NCBI GenBank assembly: GCA_965649825.1
Contig: OZ287715.1
Location: 62,001-126,000, forward strand
Length of the DNA stretch: 64,000 nucleotides
Direction of reading: 5' to 3'
Source: Penicillus capitatus
Taxonomy: Eukaryota; Plantae; Chlorophyta
Under the pieces are notes generated by a model. That model saw only the letters and a program-made list of their open reading frames with translations, searched no databases and was not told where the DNA came from. Below, one piece after another: positions 35,347 through 47,415 of the stretch (the first letter of the stretch is position 1; each line of letters starts with the position of its first letter). The position numbers and the translations under genes were made by a program.

Positions 35347-36681
35347 ATGTCCACCACTGCCACCACACTGTCGTGGATTCTTCCAGGACGGTCGACATGT
35401 CGAAGACCGGCGCTGTCGCGGTTACGACGACGGAGTGGATCGTCGGAAGGGACGACGCGGCTGTGTTCTGTATCGCCGAGGCGACGCTTTGCTCCGGAAG
35501 CCCGTCGGGAAGTGTGGGCAGCCGGTTCGAATTCGGCAGCATCATTCGATCTCGTGCCCACCTCCCCACAGAATCATTCCTCGACAGCCAATGGTGCTTC
35601 TCCACGCTGTTCAATATAACTCGGCAGGAATGTGCGAGGTCGCCTGTGATGGGCGGCGTGTTCGTGGATGTAGTCTTTGTCCAGATGTGGTATCATCTGC
35701 GCGCTATCTGCTTCTGTATGGTGACGTTTGGCCTGTCTGCTCTGTTGTTCACACTCATGATTCTTATGGCGCCTCTTGTCTTTATATTCGACAGAAACAG
35801 GTCCATCCCTGTGGCTCTATGTCAAAGGAATGGAAACGACTGACGCGCTTTCTGTGGATAGACGCAGTTTGTATGCTCATATCAACACGCTTTGGGCCAA
35901 ACTCTCTCTTGCTCTTTTCTGTAACGTCAAGGTCACTGTCTTGTTTTATCTCTTGGCAGTTGCGAGTGGATGTTGTGAATAGGTGGAAGGCACAGAACAT
36001 TTGGCGAAGGAAACGGAACCAGCTGTCTACGTTGCCAATCATCAAAGCTTTATGGTCTGCTAATACCCTTCGATCGTCGATTGGATTCGACAACGAAGAC
36101 GGTGTGCGTGCAGGATATTTTCGCTCTGTTCTTCCTGAATCGGCCGATCAAGTTTATTTCGAAGAGCAGCGTTTTCCTCTTCCCCTTCCTCGGATGGAGC
36201 ATGTTTCTGACAGGTATGTCCTCGACGGATCCATTGCTTTGGTGTTTAAACACAAGAGCTTATGTTGCCGGACAGGTCACATCCAGCTGAACAGAATCGA
36301 TCGTCGCAGTCAGTTGAAATGTCTGAAAGATTGTCAAGCCATGCTTGAGAAGCGAGTTCCCGTTGTCTTCTTCCCTGAAGGAACGCGAAGTTCAGACAAA
36401 AAGATGCTGCCCTTCAAGAAAGGCGCCTTCACGATTGCTGCGAAAACGGACGCCCCTGTCATTCCCATCACGATCAACGGAACAGGTCTGCCACGAATCT
36501 ATGCACAATTTGGAGATCTTGGACGTCTTCAGGCGACGTCATGCCCAAAGGCAGAGAACTGGAATTGCGCCACGGCAGCATTCGTGTCATCGTTCATCCG
36601 AGAATCGATTCTAGAGGACGCAATCCTTCAGAACTCTGCCAGGAAGCACAGGAAATGGTCGCATCATCTTTGATTATGTAA
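35347..36681 (+). CDS. LPAT1: Plastid 1-acyl-sn-glycerol-3-phosphate acyltransferase (LPAAT/PlsC)
   Basis: Transit-peptide-like start; PAVYVANHQSF...DIF; IKFISKSSVFLFPFLGWSMFLTGH; VVFFPEGTRS; PFKKGAF; VIPITINGTG. Confidence 0.92.
36677..36681 (+). promoter_or_regulatory. TGTAA putative poly(A) signal overlapping the LPAAT stop codon
   Basis: att aTG TAA. The same arrangement occurs on the minus strand at 25166-25170, the stop of the mS35 gene. Confidence 0.45.
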
Positions 36682-36743
36682 TCTATCCATCTGACGGTGC
36701 ATTTTGCCGGTGCCATTCGAAGAGACGAACGACATCATCCGCG

Positions 36744-39686
36744 ATGGCGACGCAAGAAGAGGATCTGGCATCGTTCTTAGCCATTGGACTGGTGGAAACA
36801 ACGGCAAAGTGTGTCTCTCTGTTGGAAAGTGTATAGTCGACAGCAGAATGCCATCGTAGAAATGCTCTGAAAAATCAAAAGTTCTGTTCCGCATTGAAAG
36901 AGGTGATCAATGAAGCCGATGTCCAGTCCGGTTGTCCAAAACAGATGGGCAGCCTGCTCTACACTCTGGCAGCCAGGGCAAGGCGACGAAACGTCACATC
37001 TTCAACAAAGCTGAAGGATAGATGTTGTGCAGTGTCCAGCCAAGGCGTTGTCACATCGCAAGAAAGTGGCTGTTTATATCAAGGATGAAAAGATTAAGGT
37101 ATCAACGACAGAACGATGCAGCCTGCAAACGTCTCAATTCTGCGCAGAGTAATGCCCAATTGGACGGAGGATTGGACTATCTCAAGAGCCTCGGTGACGC
37201 CGAGTTTGACATGGAAAGCTTTGAGAAGGCAGCTGGTGTTGGTGTTGAAGTAATGCCATCCTAGACATGTCTGTCTTTGTTCAAAACGAGCGACGGTCTG
37301 CTGCTCTCTAGATCGGTGAGGATGAAATCAAGGAAGCCATTCAAGCAGTCATCTATTCCGAGAAGGAACGTCTTGTACAAGAAAGGTAGAGATCGTCGCA
37401 CAGCGACCGTCTCCTGGTGTGTGGTGTGACGGATTCAATGTTCTGGCAGGTACTTAGTAAACATGAATCAATTGATGGGCCGAGTCATTCAGACTTTGAA
37501 GTTTGCTGATGGGCCATTAGTGAAGCGCCTGTTTGAGGAAGAGGTCACGAAATTGCTCGGGCCAAAAACAGAGGCAGATCTGAATGCCAAACCCACAAAG
37601 AAGAAGAAGACCAAAGCTGCAAAAGCAAAGGATGCACCAGACGCTGCGCAGATATCAGAAGAGAACGGTACGTTGACGGAAGGAGAAACGGCAGATCCCT
37701 ATGCCTTCTTCGCAAAGCCCGAAGAGAATCATCAAGTGCATACCACCGTGCATTTCAGTAACGGAGAGAAGATGCATATCTCGAACTCGGAGGATCAACT
37801 CAAGGCGCACTTAGCCGCCACAGGCGGAAAATACTACACGCGATTTCCGCCCGAACCGAATGGCTATCTGCATATTGGCCATGCCAAGGTGAATGGGATA
37901 TCCCGTCAGCTGATCTGCGATGGAATGGACTTGACTTCAGGCAATGTTCATCGATTTCGGATTGGCAGAGAGATACGATGGTCGATGTTACTTGAGATAC
38001 GATGACACCAATCCCGAAGCGGAGAAACTCGAATACATTACACATATCCAAGAGATTGTGTCATGGATGGGATGGAAACCGTGGAAAGTGTGTCAAAGCA
38101 TACATCCACTGTGCAAATGACGGATGCGGTACCATGACTCTTAGGTGACCTATTCAAGCGACTATTTCGATCAGCTGCACAAGCTGGCCGTCAAGATGAT
38201 CGAGTCGGGTCATGCTTACGTCTGTCATCAGACGCCTGACGAAATCAAAGATCATCGCAAAGAGCTCAAGCCAAGTCCTTGGCGCGATCGTCCTGCCTCC
38301 GAGTCGCTGAGGCTCTTTGAGGATATGCGTCGGGGTTTGGTGGATGAAGGAGAGGCGACGCTTCGTATGAGACAGGATCCGAAGAACGAGAATCCGAACA
38401 TGTATGACCTCATTGCGTATCGAGTGAAATTCACAAGGCATCCTCACGTGGGAGACAAATGGTGCATCTATCCATCATATGACTTCACACACTGTGTGGT
38501 GGATGCTTTGGAGAACATCTCACACTCTCTCTGCACCCTGGAGTTTGAGACCCGTCGCATTTCCTACTACTGGTGTGCCTTTTTCCGTTCTATGATGGGT
38601 AAAGGGAGTGACCTTCGATGTTGGCGATCAGGCTGTTAGAAGTGCTCGGGCTGTACAAGCCAGTGGAGTTTGAGTATTCTCGACTGACCATTACGTACAA
38701 CGTGCTTTCGAAGCGGAAACTGAAGGCGTTGGTGATGGGTGGTCATGTGCGGGGATGGGATGATCCGCGTCTCTACACACTGGCTGGACTCCGCCGTCGC
38801 GGTGTGACACCTGCTGCCATTAACAGCTTTTGTCGCGAGATGGGCATCACACGTTCGGATAACGACATCCCCGTTCACCGATTTGAATATCACATACGCC
38901 AAGATCTGGATCTCAACTCGCCAAGAACCATGGCCGTTCTAAGACCTCTAAAAGTCACACGCGTCTTTCTTTGTTATCTGATTCTGAAAGCGTGTGTGGC
39001 CATACTCAGATTCTGATTACAAACATGAAAGATGATCACGCGGAGACAGTCAAAGGAAGACGCTTCCCAGGAAGGAATGAAGATTCCTATGATCTTCCCT
39101 TTGGTAAAATCATCTTCATCGAAGAAACAGATTTCAGAGATGCAGACGAAAAGGGTTACTTTGGACTGGCACCCGGAAAGTCTGTCATGCTGCGGTGGGT
39201 TACTTTGAGATGGGAATCTGTTTTAATGGACTGCTGTGTGTTAGGTATGCTTATCCCATTACATGTCAGTCTGTAGTGAGAGAAGAAGGAACAGGAAGAA
39301 TCCTTCATCTGGAATGTACATACGATGCCGATTTCCATTCCTCTGGACGCAAACCACCAAAGGGCGTGCTCAACTGGATCTGCCAACCTCCAGCATCGTT
39401 ACCTCAGCCCATCAAGATGGAAGCACGTCTGTATGGACTGCTCTTCACATGTGAATCGCCGGGAGATATCCAAGAGGATGCATGGATCGAGGCGATCAAT
39501 CCGGAATCCGAGGTCGTTGTCAGTGGAGTGCTCGGAAATCCGAGTCTCCGAGAGACCAAAGCTGGCGATCGATATCAGTTTGAGAGACTCGGTTACTTCT
39601 GTGTCGATCCGGAATCCACTTCAGATCTTCTTATTGTGAACAGAACCGTAACTCTGAAGGATTCTTTGCCGAAGTCCTTGAAATAG
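36744..39686 (+). CDS. QARS1: Glutaminyl-tRNA synthetase, eukaryotic type with N-terminal extension
   Basis: [17 protein letters not shown] (HIGH motif), [58 protein letters not shown]. Confidence 0.97.
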
Positions 39687-39762
39687 CAGCTGTTGTTGTT
39701 GAGTATGGATGACACATGTAACAGAAAGGCGTTACGCGTGTTCAGTCGAGTACGACACAGCG

Positions 39763-40842
39763 ATGCTGCGACTCTTTCGATCTCAGTGTCCTTTGCTGCG
39801 ACGAGACGTTTTCGCAGGACTTGCGGCGGCCCAAGCCAAATGTTCACACGTTCAGCGGTGTCTTTTTGCCACGGGAGACAACGGTACATAGAAATGATCA
39901 CAAAAGAAGGCACCCTTTACGAAAATACATTGTGTAGAGAGTGGAGAAGAGGATAGTGCCGTGGCCGGCGAGGCAGCTAACGAGGTAGCTGGCGAGGTTG
40001 CCGAATCTATTCCATCCGTTTCACCACCGCCACCAACTTCCACAGATGCGCAGAACGATCAGCATGAAGGCGACAAGAAGGAAGCCTCGTTCGTCGATGA
40101 TGAAGACATTGAGAAGGCTGTGCTGGAATCGCAGACGGCCTCTCCGGATGAGACCGCTTCTCCATTCGAGAGCGGTTTTCCATTGAATTCTCCCCTGACA
40201 AGGAAAGAGGACAGTTCCGATTCGATTTTAAAACGGGATCAGTTTTTGAAAAATCTCTTCGAAAAGCGGAAGTCCCTTGCCAAATCTAACAACGAGGCGT
40301 CTGATGATGAGGAAGAGAAAGATGCCGACAAGAAAGAGAGTCCAATTGACGTAGATACAGGATTTGCGGAACTAGGCGGATTTTCCACGCAAAGTGTAAC
40401 AGGACTAGTGCTCGACGAAGATCCAATGCGAATCCACCCGCGTCGATACTTTCAGCCAGGGCAGACGTATCAGCCAGAGGTCCGCCAAACACACTTCCCT
40501 TGCAAATGGGCATCTTTGGAATGCTAACAGGAGCTGCATCCCTTTGGTGCTTATCGAGAAAAACGTTTGCCGTCGAAAAGTCGAACCATTCGAGACTCCT
40601 ACGCTGAAGATGACATCAAAGACAAGCTCAGCTTTAAGAATCTCTCGTTATTGAACAACTACTTGTCGGATGCTGGATTGATTCTGCCGAGAAGAATTAC
40701 CCGACTTTCAAAGAAAGTGCAGACGAAACTCGAACGAAGTGTGAAAACTGCCCAGGCGTTGGCTCTGCTGCCTGTCTTGGATCGAAGGGAAGAATTCAAA
40801 AGAAGGACGCGGAGAGTGTCCGAAAAGGATCTTATTTCTTAA
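39763..40842 (+). CDS. MRPS18: Mitochondrial ribosomal protein bS18m with acidic N-terminal extension
   Basis: Presequence-like MLRLFRSQCPLLRR; S18 core LSFKNLSLLNNYLSDAGLILPRRITRLSKKVQTKLERSVKTAQALALLP. Two introns. Confidence 0.85.
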
Positions 40843-40997
40843 GAGGAACGATCTGTTTTGCCAGCAGCCTTTCTCTTTTCCCTCAACCATGCAGCTCGTT
40901 CTCTCCACGATGTGGTCTTCTGACTCTGAACAATATGTTCCGCAATTAAGGGCTTTGAGGTCTCTACAGATCAATCTCAGTGAAACTGGGCATCGTC

Positions 40998-41634
40998 TTA
41001 CTTAACGCGATTGGACACACCCTCTTTTTCAACAGGGTTATTCCCGCCTGTGACCGCTGTCTCCGCTTCTGGACGATCCGACGTGGCTGACATTGTCGTG
41101 GTCAGTGCGCCGAAGATTGCATCCTGTCGGTGCGTGAAACGGCTGTGCCGCTTTGAGAAGATGAAAGAACCTCGTGCGATGACTTGATGTTGTCAAGACA
41201 AGACATCGGCAGGGGATCGTCATCGTCCATCCATTCTTCCATCTGTCGAGGTCTCTGTTCCAGTTGCTTTACTGCACCATATCTTTGTTCCAAGTACCTG
41301 TTGAGCACGCATAGCATCCTTGAGAGATGCCTTCATGAAGAAATGGCCAGGCGGACTTTGTCTTGGCTTTCAGTTTCTCCAAGGGCGTCATCTTGTCATA
41401 TCCCTTGATGGCAGAGCTGAAGTCCATCCCTCTTGTGCTGGGACTCGTCCATTTCACTTTCGGCCTTCTCTCATGCGTCAACGCATTTCCTTCTCTCTTG
41501 GTGCCTTCGATTCGAGATTCCTTTCTTTGTTTCGTCGCCCTTGGCTTCTCAGAACCGCGAACGGGTTTTCTTTTCTTGTCATTCTCTCCATCGTTCCGTT
41601 GCCCTTCACGGGAAGATTCGGCGATACGTTTCAT
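40998..41634 (-). CDS. Small basic low-complexity nuclear-type protein (RSRC1-like motif)
   Basis: Arg/Lys/Glu-rich start; GYDKMTPLEKLKAKTK; spliced HEDAIFG motif. Two GT-AG introns give an open frame to TAA at 40998. Confidence 0.45.
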
Positions 41635-41691
41635 ACGACGACGACGACAGATATTGTTGTCATTTCACGCCACAGTCGTCGTGCTTCCAAA

Positions 41692-42789
41692 ATGCAAAGG
41701 GGAATGTCGCACAGGAAGAAGGACAAATCGTCGAGGAGTACCACTCCCGAACGTCCGAGAAATCGAACGTACGCCGTACCTATGCCCCTACTTCGCGTTC
41801 GTCTAACCATACCTCTGATATGCAGAGCTGCGTCGTCGAAAGATACGAAGAAGGTGAGGCACTCGGACAACGATCCGGCGCCTTCTCTGGTATCGGGAAC
41901 GCAGATCCCGCGTGGGAACGTATCGATCGGGACGTCTATCAGAGGAACGGATCCTGGTCGCAAGAAACAGCTTCCGTCTTCCGATGTCGCCGATGTTCTG
42001 TTCCGAATCAAAATGTGCATCACCCAGTGGAAATTGATGAACAAGAAGATCGAGATCGCTTTGCAGAAGAGGAAGAAAAAAGTAAGAAGGCGCTGAAGGT
42101 TGTTGCATCGTCCTTTCCACTATCTCTTAGGCCGTAACTGATATTCGATGCGCTACACTCGCCCTCGTCCAGAAACAGGGGGTCATTACAGAGCTGCAGT
42201 CCCGTGTGGATAAAGCTAAGTTTCGAGAGAGGACGGCACATGTTCATGAACAACTGGATCAACTCATCTTTGCTTTTGGAGACATACAGGTCAAAACAGA
42301 TATCGCCTTGAATGCGATGCTATGGTAGAATGGGCGTGTTCGATGCAGGGAGAGTTGAAAGAGAACGCTCAGATTCTGAAACAAGCGATATTGTCTACAA
42401 TGGAGCAGATTCCTTTGGTGGACGGCGCCGTATTGGGTGACGCAATGTGTCCGGACGTTACTGCCTTCTGTAATGTGCTGCAAGAGACGCTTGCCTCTCT
42501 GGAGCGATGCTCCCGCGTGCTAAACAGGTTCATTGTGCCATCGAATACATCGCCTATGAGACGGTCCGTCATTCGAAGCCCAAGTCCACGAAGATCTCCG
42601 TCTCCGGGCCCGACACCCTTGCAGAGACTGAAGATAGCCGTCCGAGCTGGACAAGAACTGGACACGGTCGTGCAAAAGGAAGTGAAGCTGATGAAAGAGG
42701 TTGCGTCTTTGCTGGAAATGAAGCACAAGAAACAGTTGCATCTGAATTCCACGAGAGCCTATCGTATGCGAGTTAAATCCAAACATTGA
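41692..42789 (+). CDS. QWRF-domain / augmin subunit 8 (AUG8)-like microtubule protein
   Basis: RIKMCITQWKLMN corresponds to the QWRF motif, followed by a helical region and IPLVDGAVLGD (compare LPVxxGAxAD). Ser/Arg-rich N-terminus. Confidence 0.65.
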
Positions 42790-42809
42790 GCCTTAGAAAG
42801 ATAAGGGGC

Positions 42810-44040
42810 TCATTGTTGCAAGAGTCCTTGACTTTGAAGCACACTATGGACTGCTGCCGACAGTGGAGACTCCGTGTCGTTGTACAGTTTGACCAGTACT
42901 TTAGCAGAGAGTGCTCCGATGGATGCTTCTTCCTCAGAGCCGCTCTAAGATTCCTGACGTCAGTGTGTTTAATGAAGGTAATCGCTCACTTTTCGCATTT
43001 TGGGATGCGAACTGCACAGACAGATGCCATAGAGTGCCTGTAGAGATGTTCCCTCCGATGCCTCTAGCGCATGAACGTAGTAGGTCTGGGCAGTCGTGAT
43101 GTCTTGCACTGTGCCGATCGTATACAACGTATCTGCATAACGTAGATGGTACGTTAGATGTGACGGCGCCAACAGTAATAGCTCTTCATAGCAATGCGCT
43201 GCCTGCTTGTACATTTGCATCTGCAGGCAATGCACACACAAGAGTGAGATTGAGTGAGATCCGGAGGAGATCTCGACACCTTCAAGTAGATTTCTGCCAG
43301 TTCCTCCCATGCGTCGCGGTCCATCATGAATGTGTCCAAGTATGTGTTTAGCGTCTGCGCAGCGGCGACTAGGTCTCCACGCGTCTTGCAAATTGCCACC
43401 TGTAAGCAGGATCTCAGATCATTACAGAAATGGGATTGAGCGACACCCACTTTGCGTTTGAGAATGATATCATTGGATGGGTCTTCAGACAGAATGTCAT
43501 CATAGGTACTTTCAGCACGAGACAGGTTCCCTGTGGACTCAAACTGCATCGCCTGTGCTACCACAGCAGTACGGTCACACGATCTTGACCGTCAGCATTG
43601 TGCCACAGACTTTTAGGCGCTTTGCCCGAATGCTCTTGGGGAATTCATTGCAGATCGCATTGACACAGGCTTGGGCACACCCGTTCGCCTGAATATCCAT
43701 GCACGCCAATGCCACTTGCTCATAGACTAACCACACTGCAGAAAAACATAAATAGATGCGAAACAGGTAGGGCCGCGGACATTCTTCGGCACTGAGTTTG
43801 CCTTTGTGCTTTTGCAGGAGCAAGGACCCATACTTCGCCACAGGTTCGCTCTCCCTTGTTCGAAGCTCACGGACCTACAGAGTATTCTCTCATGCCCAAT
43901 GCATCCGTTGTAGAAAAGTCGTTCACGAGTTTCAGATACCGACGGATAGAATCCGGAGCAGGTCCCGAGGCACCTGCGCCATCCAGTTCTGCGATCAGCT
44001 GCTTTTTCTCTCGCGACGCATCCATTAGTACAGATGACAT
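42810..44040 (-). CDS. EMC2: ER membrane protein complex subunit 2 (TPR)
   Basis: WLVYEQVALACMD; FPKSIRAKRLKAMQFES; LNTYLDTFMMDRDAWEELAEIY; YKQAAHCYEELLLLAP; HLRYADTLYTIG; ALYGICLC. Confidence 0.92.
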
Positions 44041-44097
44041 GATCAACAGGCGCTGTCGTCAAACCATAAACAGAGTCTAGGGATCAATTGGCAAAGC

Positions 44098-44994
44098 ATG
44101 GAAACCAAAGGGCACGACACCGGGGCCATGACTGCTCCCGTTCCTGTTCCGGAAATGTCACGCAACGCTTTGGACACCCTCGAGGCACTCGATGCCGTGG
44201 CGATTCGTCAAGACCTCCAGTGGCTGGAAGAAATAGTCACCTGCTGCGAACTGAAGAACAAGTATAAAATCTCGACCATTCCTATCGGCCAAGAGAATCG
44301 CAACTTTACCGATACGGAGCTCCTCCAACTGCCGATGATTTTTGATGTTCGTGAAGACTCGACGCTCTGCTGCAGACTCTGCTGCTACAACAGCAGAGAA
44401 CTCAAACTCGGCCTCTTTCCACCAGGAATCGCTCAGAAGCCAAGATGGCCCAGCATGGAGCCTCTGTTGACGCTGGATCGTCCTTTTAGATGTACCTGCT
44501 GGTGTGGCCGCCTCTACTGTCCACAGGAAATGTCTGTCTCCGCCGAGGGGCGTCGTTTGGGTCACGTGGAACAGGACTGTCGCTGTATCGATTGCTGTTG
44601 TTCTTGCACTCTCTGGATGAAGAGCTTCGATGCCAATGGCAATCCTGTCCATGCATTTAGGAGTCCACTCTGTGGTCAGTGATCTCCACATCTAAACCCT
44701 CTTCCATTTACTGTGTGCCTCTTTTCAGGAAAGAACTGTTGTGCTCCTTCTTGCTGCAACGAGGTCTTCGAGATTGATATCCTCAATCCCTGGGATGAGC
44801 AGCAACAGACGGGGACGTTTAGGAATATATGGCCTGGATGGAATTGGCGAGGTATCTGTTCACCGAGCGTTTCCAATTTTGTCGCGGTGTTCCCTCGCAA
44901 CGCTTCCAAAGAAGAGAAGGCCTTACTCATCGGATCTCTCTTTTTGCACGACTTCTTCTTGTTCGAAAAGAATGGAGATGATAGTGGTAGCTAA
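44098..44994 (+). CDS. Phospholipid scramblase (PLSCR) family protein, copy 1
   Basis: VREDSTLCCRLCC...RE; LTLDRPFRCTCWC...CPQEMSV; LGHVEQ; KEEKALLIGSLFLHDF. One intron at about 44677-44728. Confidence 0.88.
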
Positions 44995-45655
44995 AAAGTT
45001 AAAGAGATTCGCATTGTTTGTTTGTACACACATGTCATGGATGATCATCTGCCACCAACCCACTGCCGGGTTTCATTCACTCTTGCACTGAGTCCATTGT
45101 TTTCTGTTTTTTTTCGTTCTGTTCCTTCATAAATGCAAATTATCGTTCAAAGATCGTATCAGACATCCCATGTCCTATCCTTGTGATAGCTGTTGTTCAG
45201 ACATCAGAACCGATAAGTTGATGTAATGCCCGCCCTTCATGCTGCAGAATACTTGTGTGTTATGCCGATCGATAAAGCCAGCTGGCTCATGAGGCAAAAA
45301 TGGTCCATGAGGAGAATTGAAATGGATAGTTGGTCGGCAGTCAGCTGATGGAAGAAGTTCAGTGGCCGATTTTTCTAAGTTGTCGCCTTTCGGCAAATCT
45401 GCTGATGCATTGACAGCGAATATTGTAGCCAATTCGCTTCCCTCATCCCCATTCGTTCTGTTTACATTCCACCAGTGAAGAGTGATTAAAGCAGCAACAT
45501 AAACCAGAGCCGAATGAACAGTCAGTCGAGTGTCCTTTATCTAGCAACCGCTTGGACAATGTAATACTTTTGCGAGACAGCTAAATTGCGCGCGGTGTCC
45601 TGTCAAAGGCCGACCTTGAATCCAGAAGTTACGTTTTATAGATTTTGTTGACGGT

Positions 45656-45685
45656 CAAAAGCGAAGTTCATCCACTTCGCTTTTG
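45656..45685. repeat. Perfect 11-bp inverted repeat (hairpin with 8-nt loop)
   Basis: caaaagcgaag-ttcatcca-cttcgcttttg. Confidence 0.8.
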
Positions 45686-46192
45686 TCACATAAGTGGCGG
45701 GACAATCGCTATTCTAGGCATCACACGTCTTTGTTTGGCGGATTGACGTCTGTCGTGTAGAAACCACAGTACGACTCGACTCACCACTCCTCTGTTCGTG
45801 CAAGTGGATAGTGTTTTCTCTACAATCACACATAGAAATACGTCGTCGACATCCTTGTTCAAGCTAGCGCATAAATCGCTGCGAGTCGCAAGAGGACTTG
45901 TCGCAGTATGAAAGTAACTGAACGAGTGGAATCCTCACGCAAAGTTTGTTTCTGTCGATAGAACGCGTCCAACTCCCCCCCCCACCAGCGACACTCCGTT
46001 GCGGAACATCTAAGTACCCATTCAACCAAGAGAACATATGTCCGTCTGACACGGATGCAGCGAATTTGTTGGAACACAAGCTCCGTGTAAATGCCTTCGT
46101 CAGCAGCGTTTCCTTACAGCTTCAGATAACCGTTTACTGATGTCACCACGTCCATATAGCGTGGAAGTTCACGTGTCGGCATTGTGATTGAC

Positions 46193-47163
46193 ATGGATGA
46201 AAAAACTCAGAGTCTCACAGTTGCCACTTCTCCTCCCCCTGTCGTCGAAGAAATGGCACGCAATGCTTTAGAGACACTCGACCCTGCACAGGCCGTTTTT
46301 ATCCGCCAGGATATCGAATGGATTGAAGAGGGCGTCGACCAACTGGGAGTCAAGAAAAACAAATACCAGATTACAAGCATTCCTGCCGACAAAACAAATG
46401 ATACGTTTACTGTCGAGGAGCTCTCGGAATACCCATTGGCTTTTGAAGTGCGTGAACAATCGTCGTTCTGTTGCAGTCTGTGCTGTGGCGATAGCAGAGA
46501 GTTCAAACTCGGACTCTTTCCACCTGGACTCGACAAGACACCGGGTTGGCCAGAAATAGAGCCTCTAATGATGCTGGACCGTCCGTTTAAGTGTACCTGC
46601 TGGTGTGACCGAGTGTACTGTCCCCAAGAACTATCGGTCTCCGTGGAGGGACGCCATCTGGGGCACATCAAACAAGAAAACCGCTGCATTGATCGATGCT
46701 GCTCCTGCGTTATCTGGATGAAGAGCTTCGATGCGAATGGCAACCCTGTCCATGCATTTAGGAGTCCACTCGGTGGTCAGTAGCCTCTGCATTGAATACC
46801 TCACTGTACACTCTGTGTCTTCTCTCAGGGAAAAATCGCTGCGCTCCTTCTTGCTGCAACAAGGTCTTCGAGACAGACATCTTCGACGCCCACGACGAGA
46901 CTCGGAGATTGGGGGTGTTTAGAAACACCTGGACCGGGTGCAATTGGTGTGATCTTTGTGATTACAACAATCTTTGCTGTCCGACAAATACCTGTTGTCA
47001 AGCTCCTGCCAACTTCGCCGTGCAGTTTCCTCCGGATGCGACAAACGAACAAAAAGCATTGCTGATTGGATCTCTCTTCTTGCACGATTTTGTGATATTC
47101 GAAAAGGGAAATGATGAGAGTGATGGTTTGATTGATGAGATCTGCGACTGTATTTTCGACTAA
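46193..47163 (+). CDS. Phospholipid scramblase family protein, copy 2
   Basis: Collinear with copy 1 and with the same intron position; extra Cys-rich insert CNWCDLCDYNNLCCPTNTCC. Confidence 0.88.
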
Positions 47164-47415
47164 TCACGAATAGCTATTCAATTCATCTACATCCTCCCAC
47201 ATCCTTTAACTAGACCCATTGCTTTCCTGTTCTGTCCCCATTCTACCATCTTCTTTAATCAGCGACCGTTATTATTAAACATTTGAAACGGGATACATGT
47301 GAACATTGAAAGCTACATTCTTTACTGGAACAGACAATTGGTTTGTAACACGAGCAGCATACCTTCTGACGATAAGATACGCTTCTACTATTGAATTGTT
47401 AATACGTATCACGAG

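Noticed and set aside
35435-36673. 412-aa ORF as a single protein
   Set aside because: It is a chimera of LPAAT exons, introns and off-frame sequence; only short stretches (mainly GHIQLNR...INGTG) are in the true frame.
41433-42137. 234-aa plus-strand ORF containing CRRC
   Set aside because: It is an alternative frame over the QWRF gene; the QWRF frame has family motifs and consistent splice sites.
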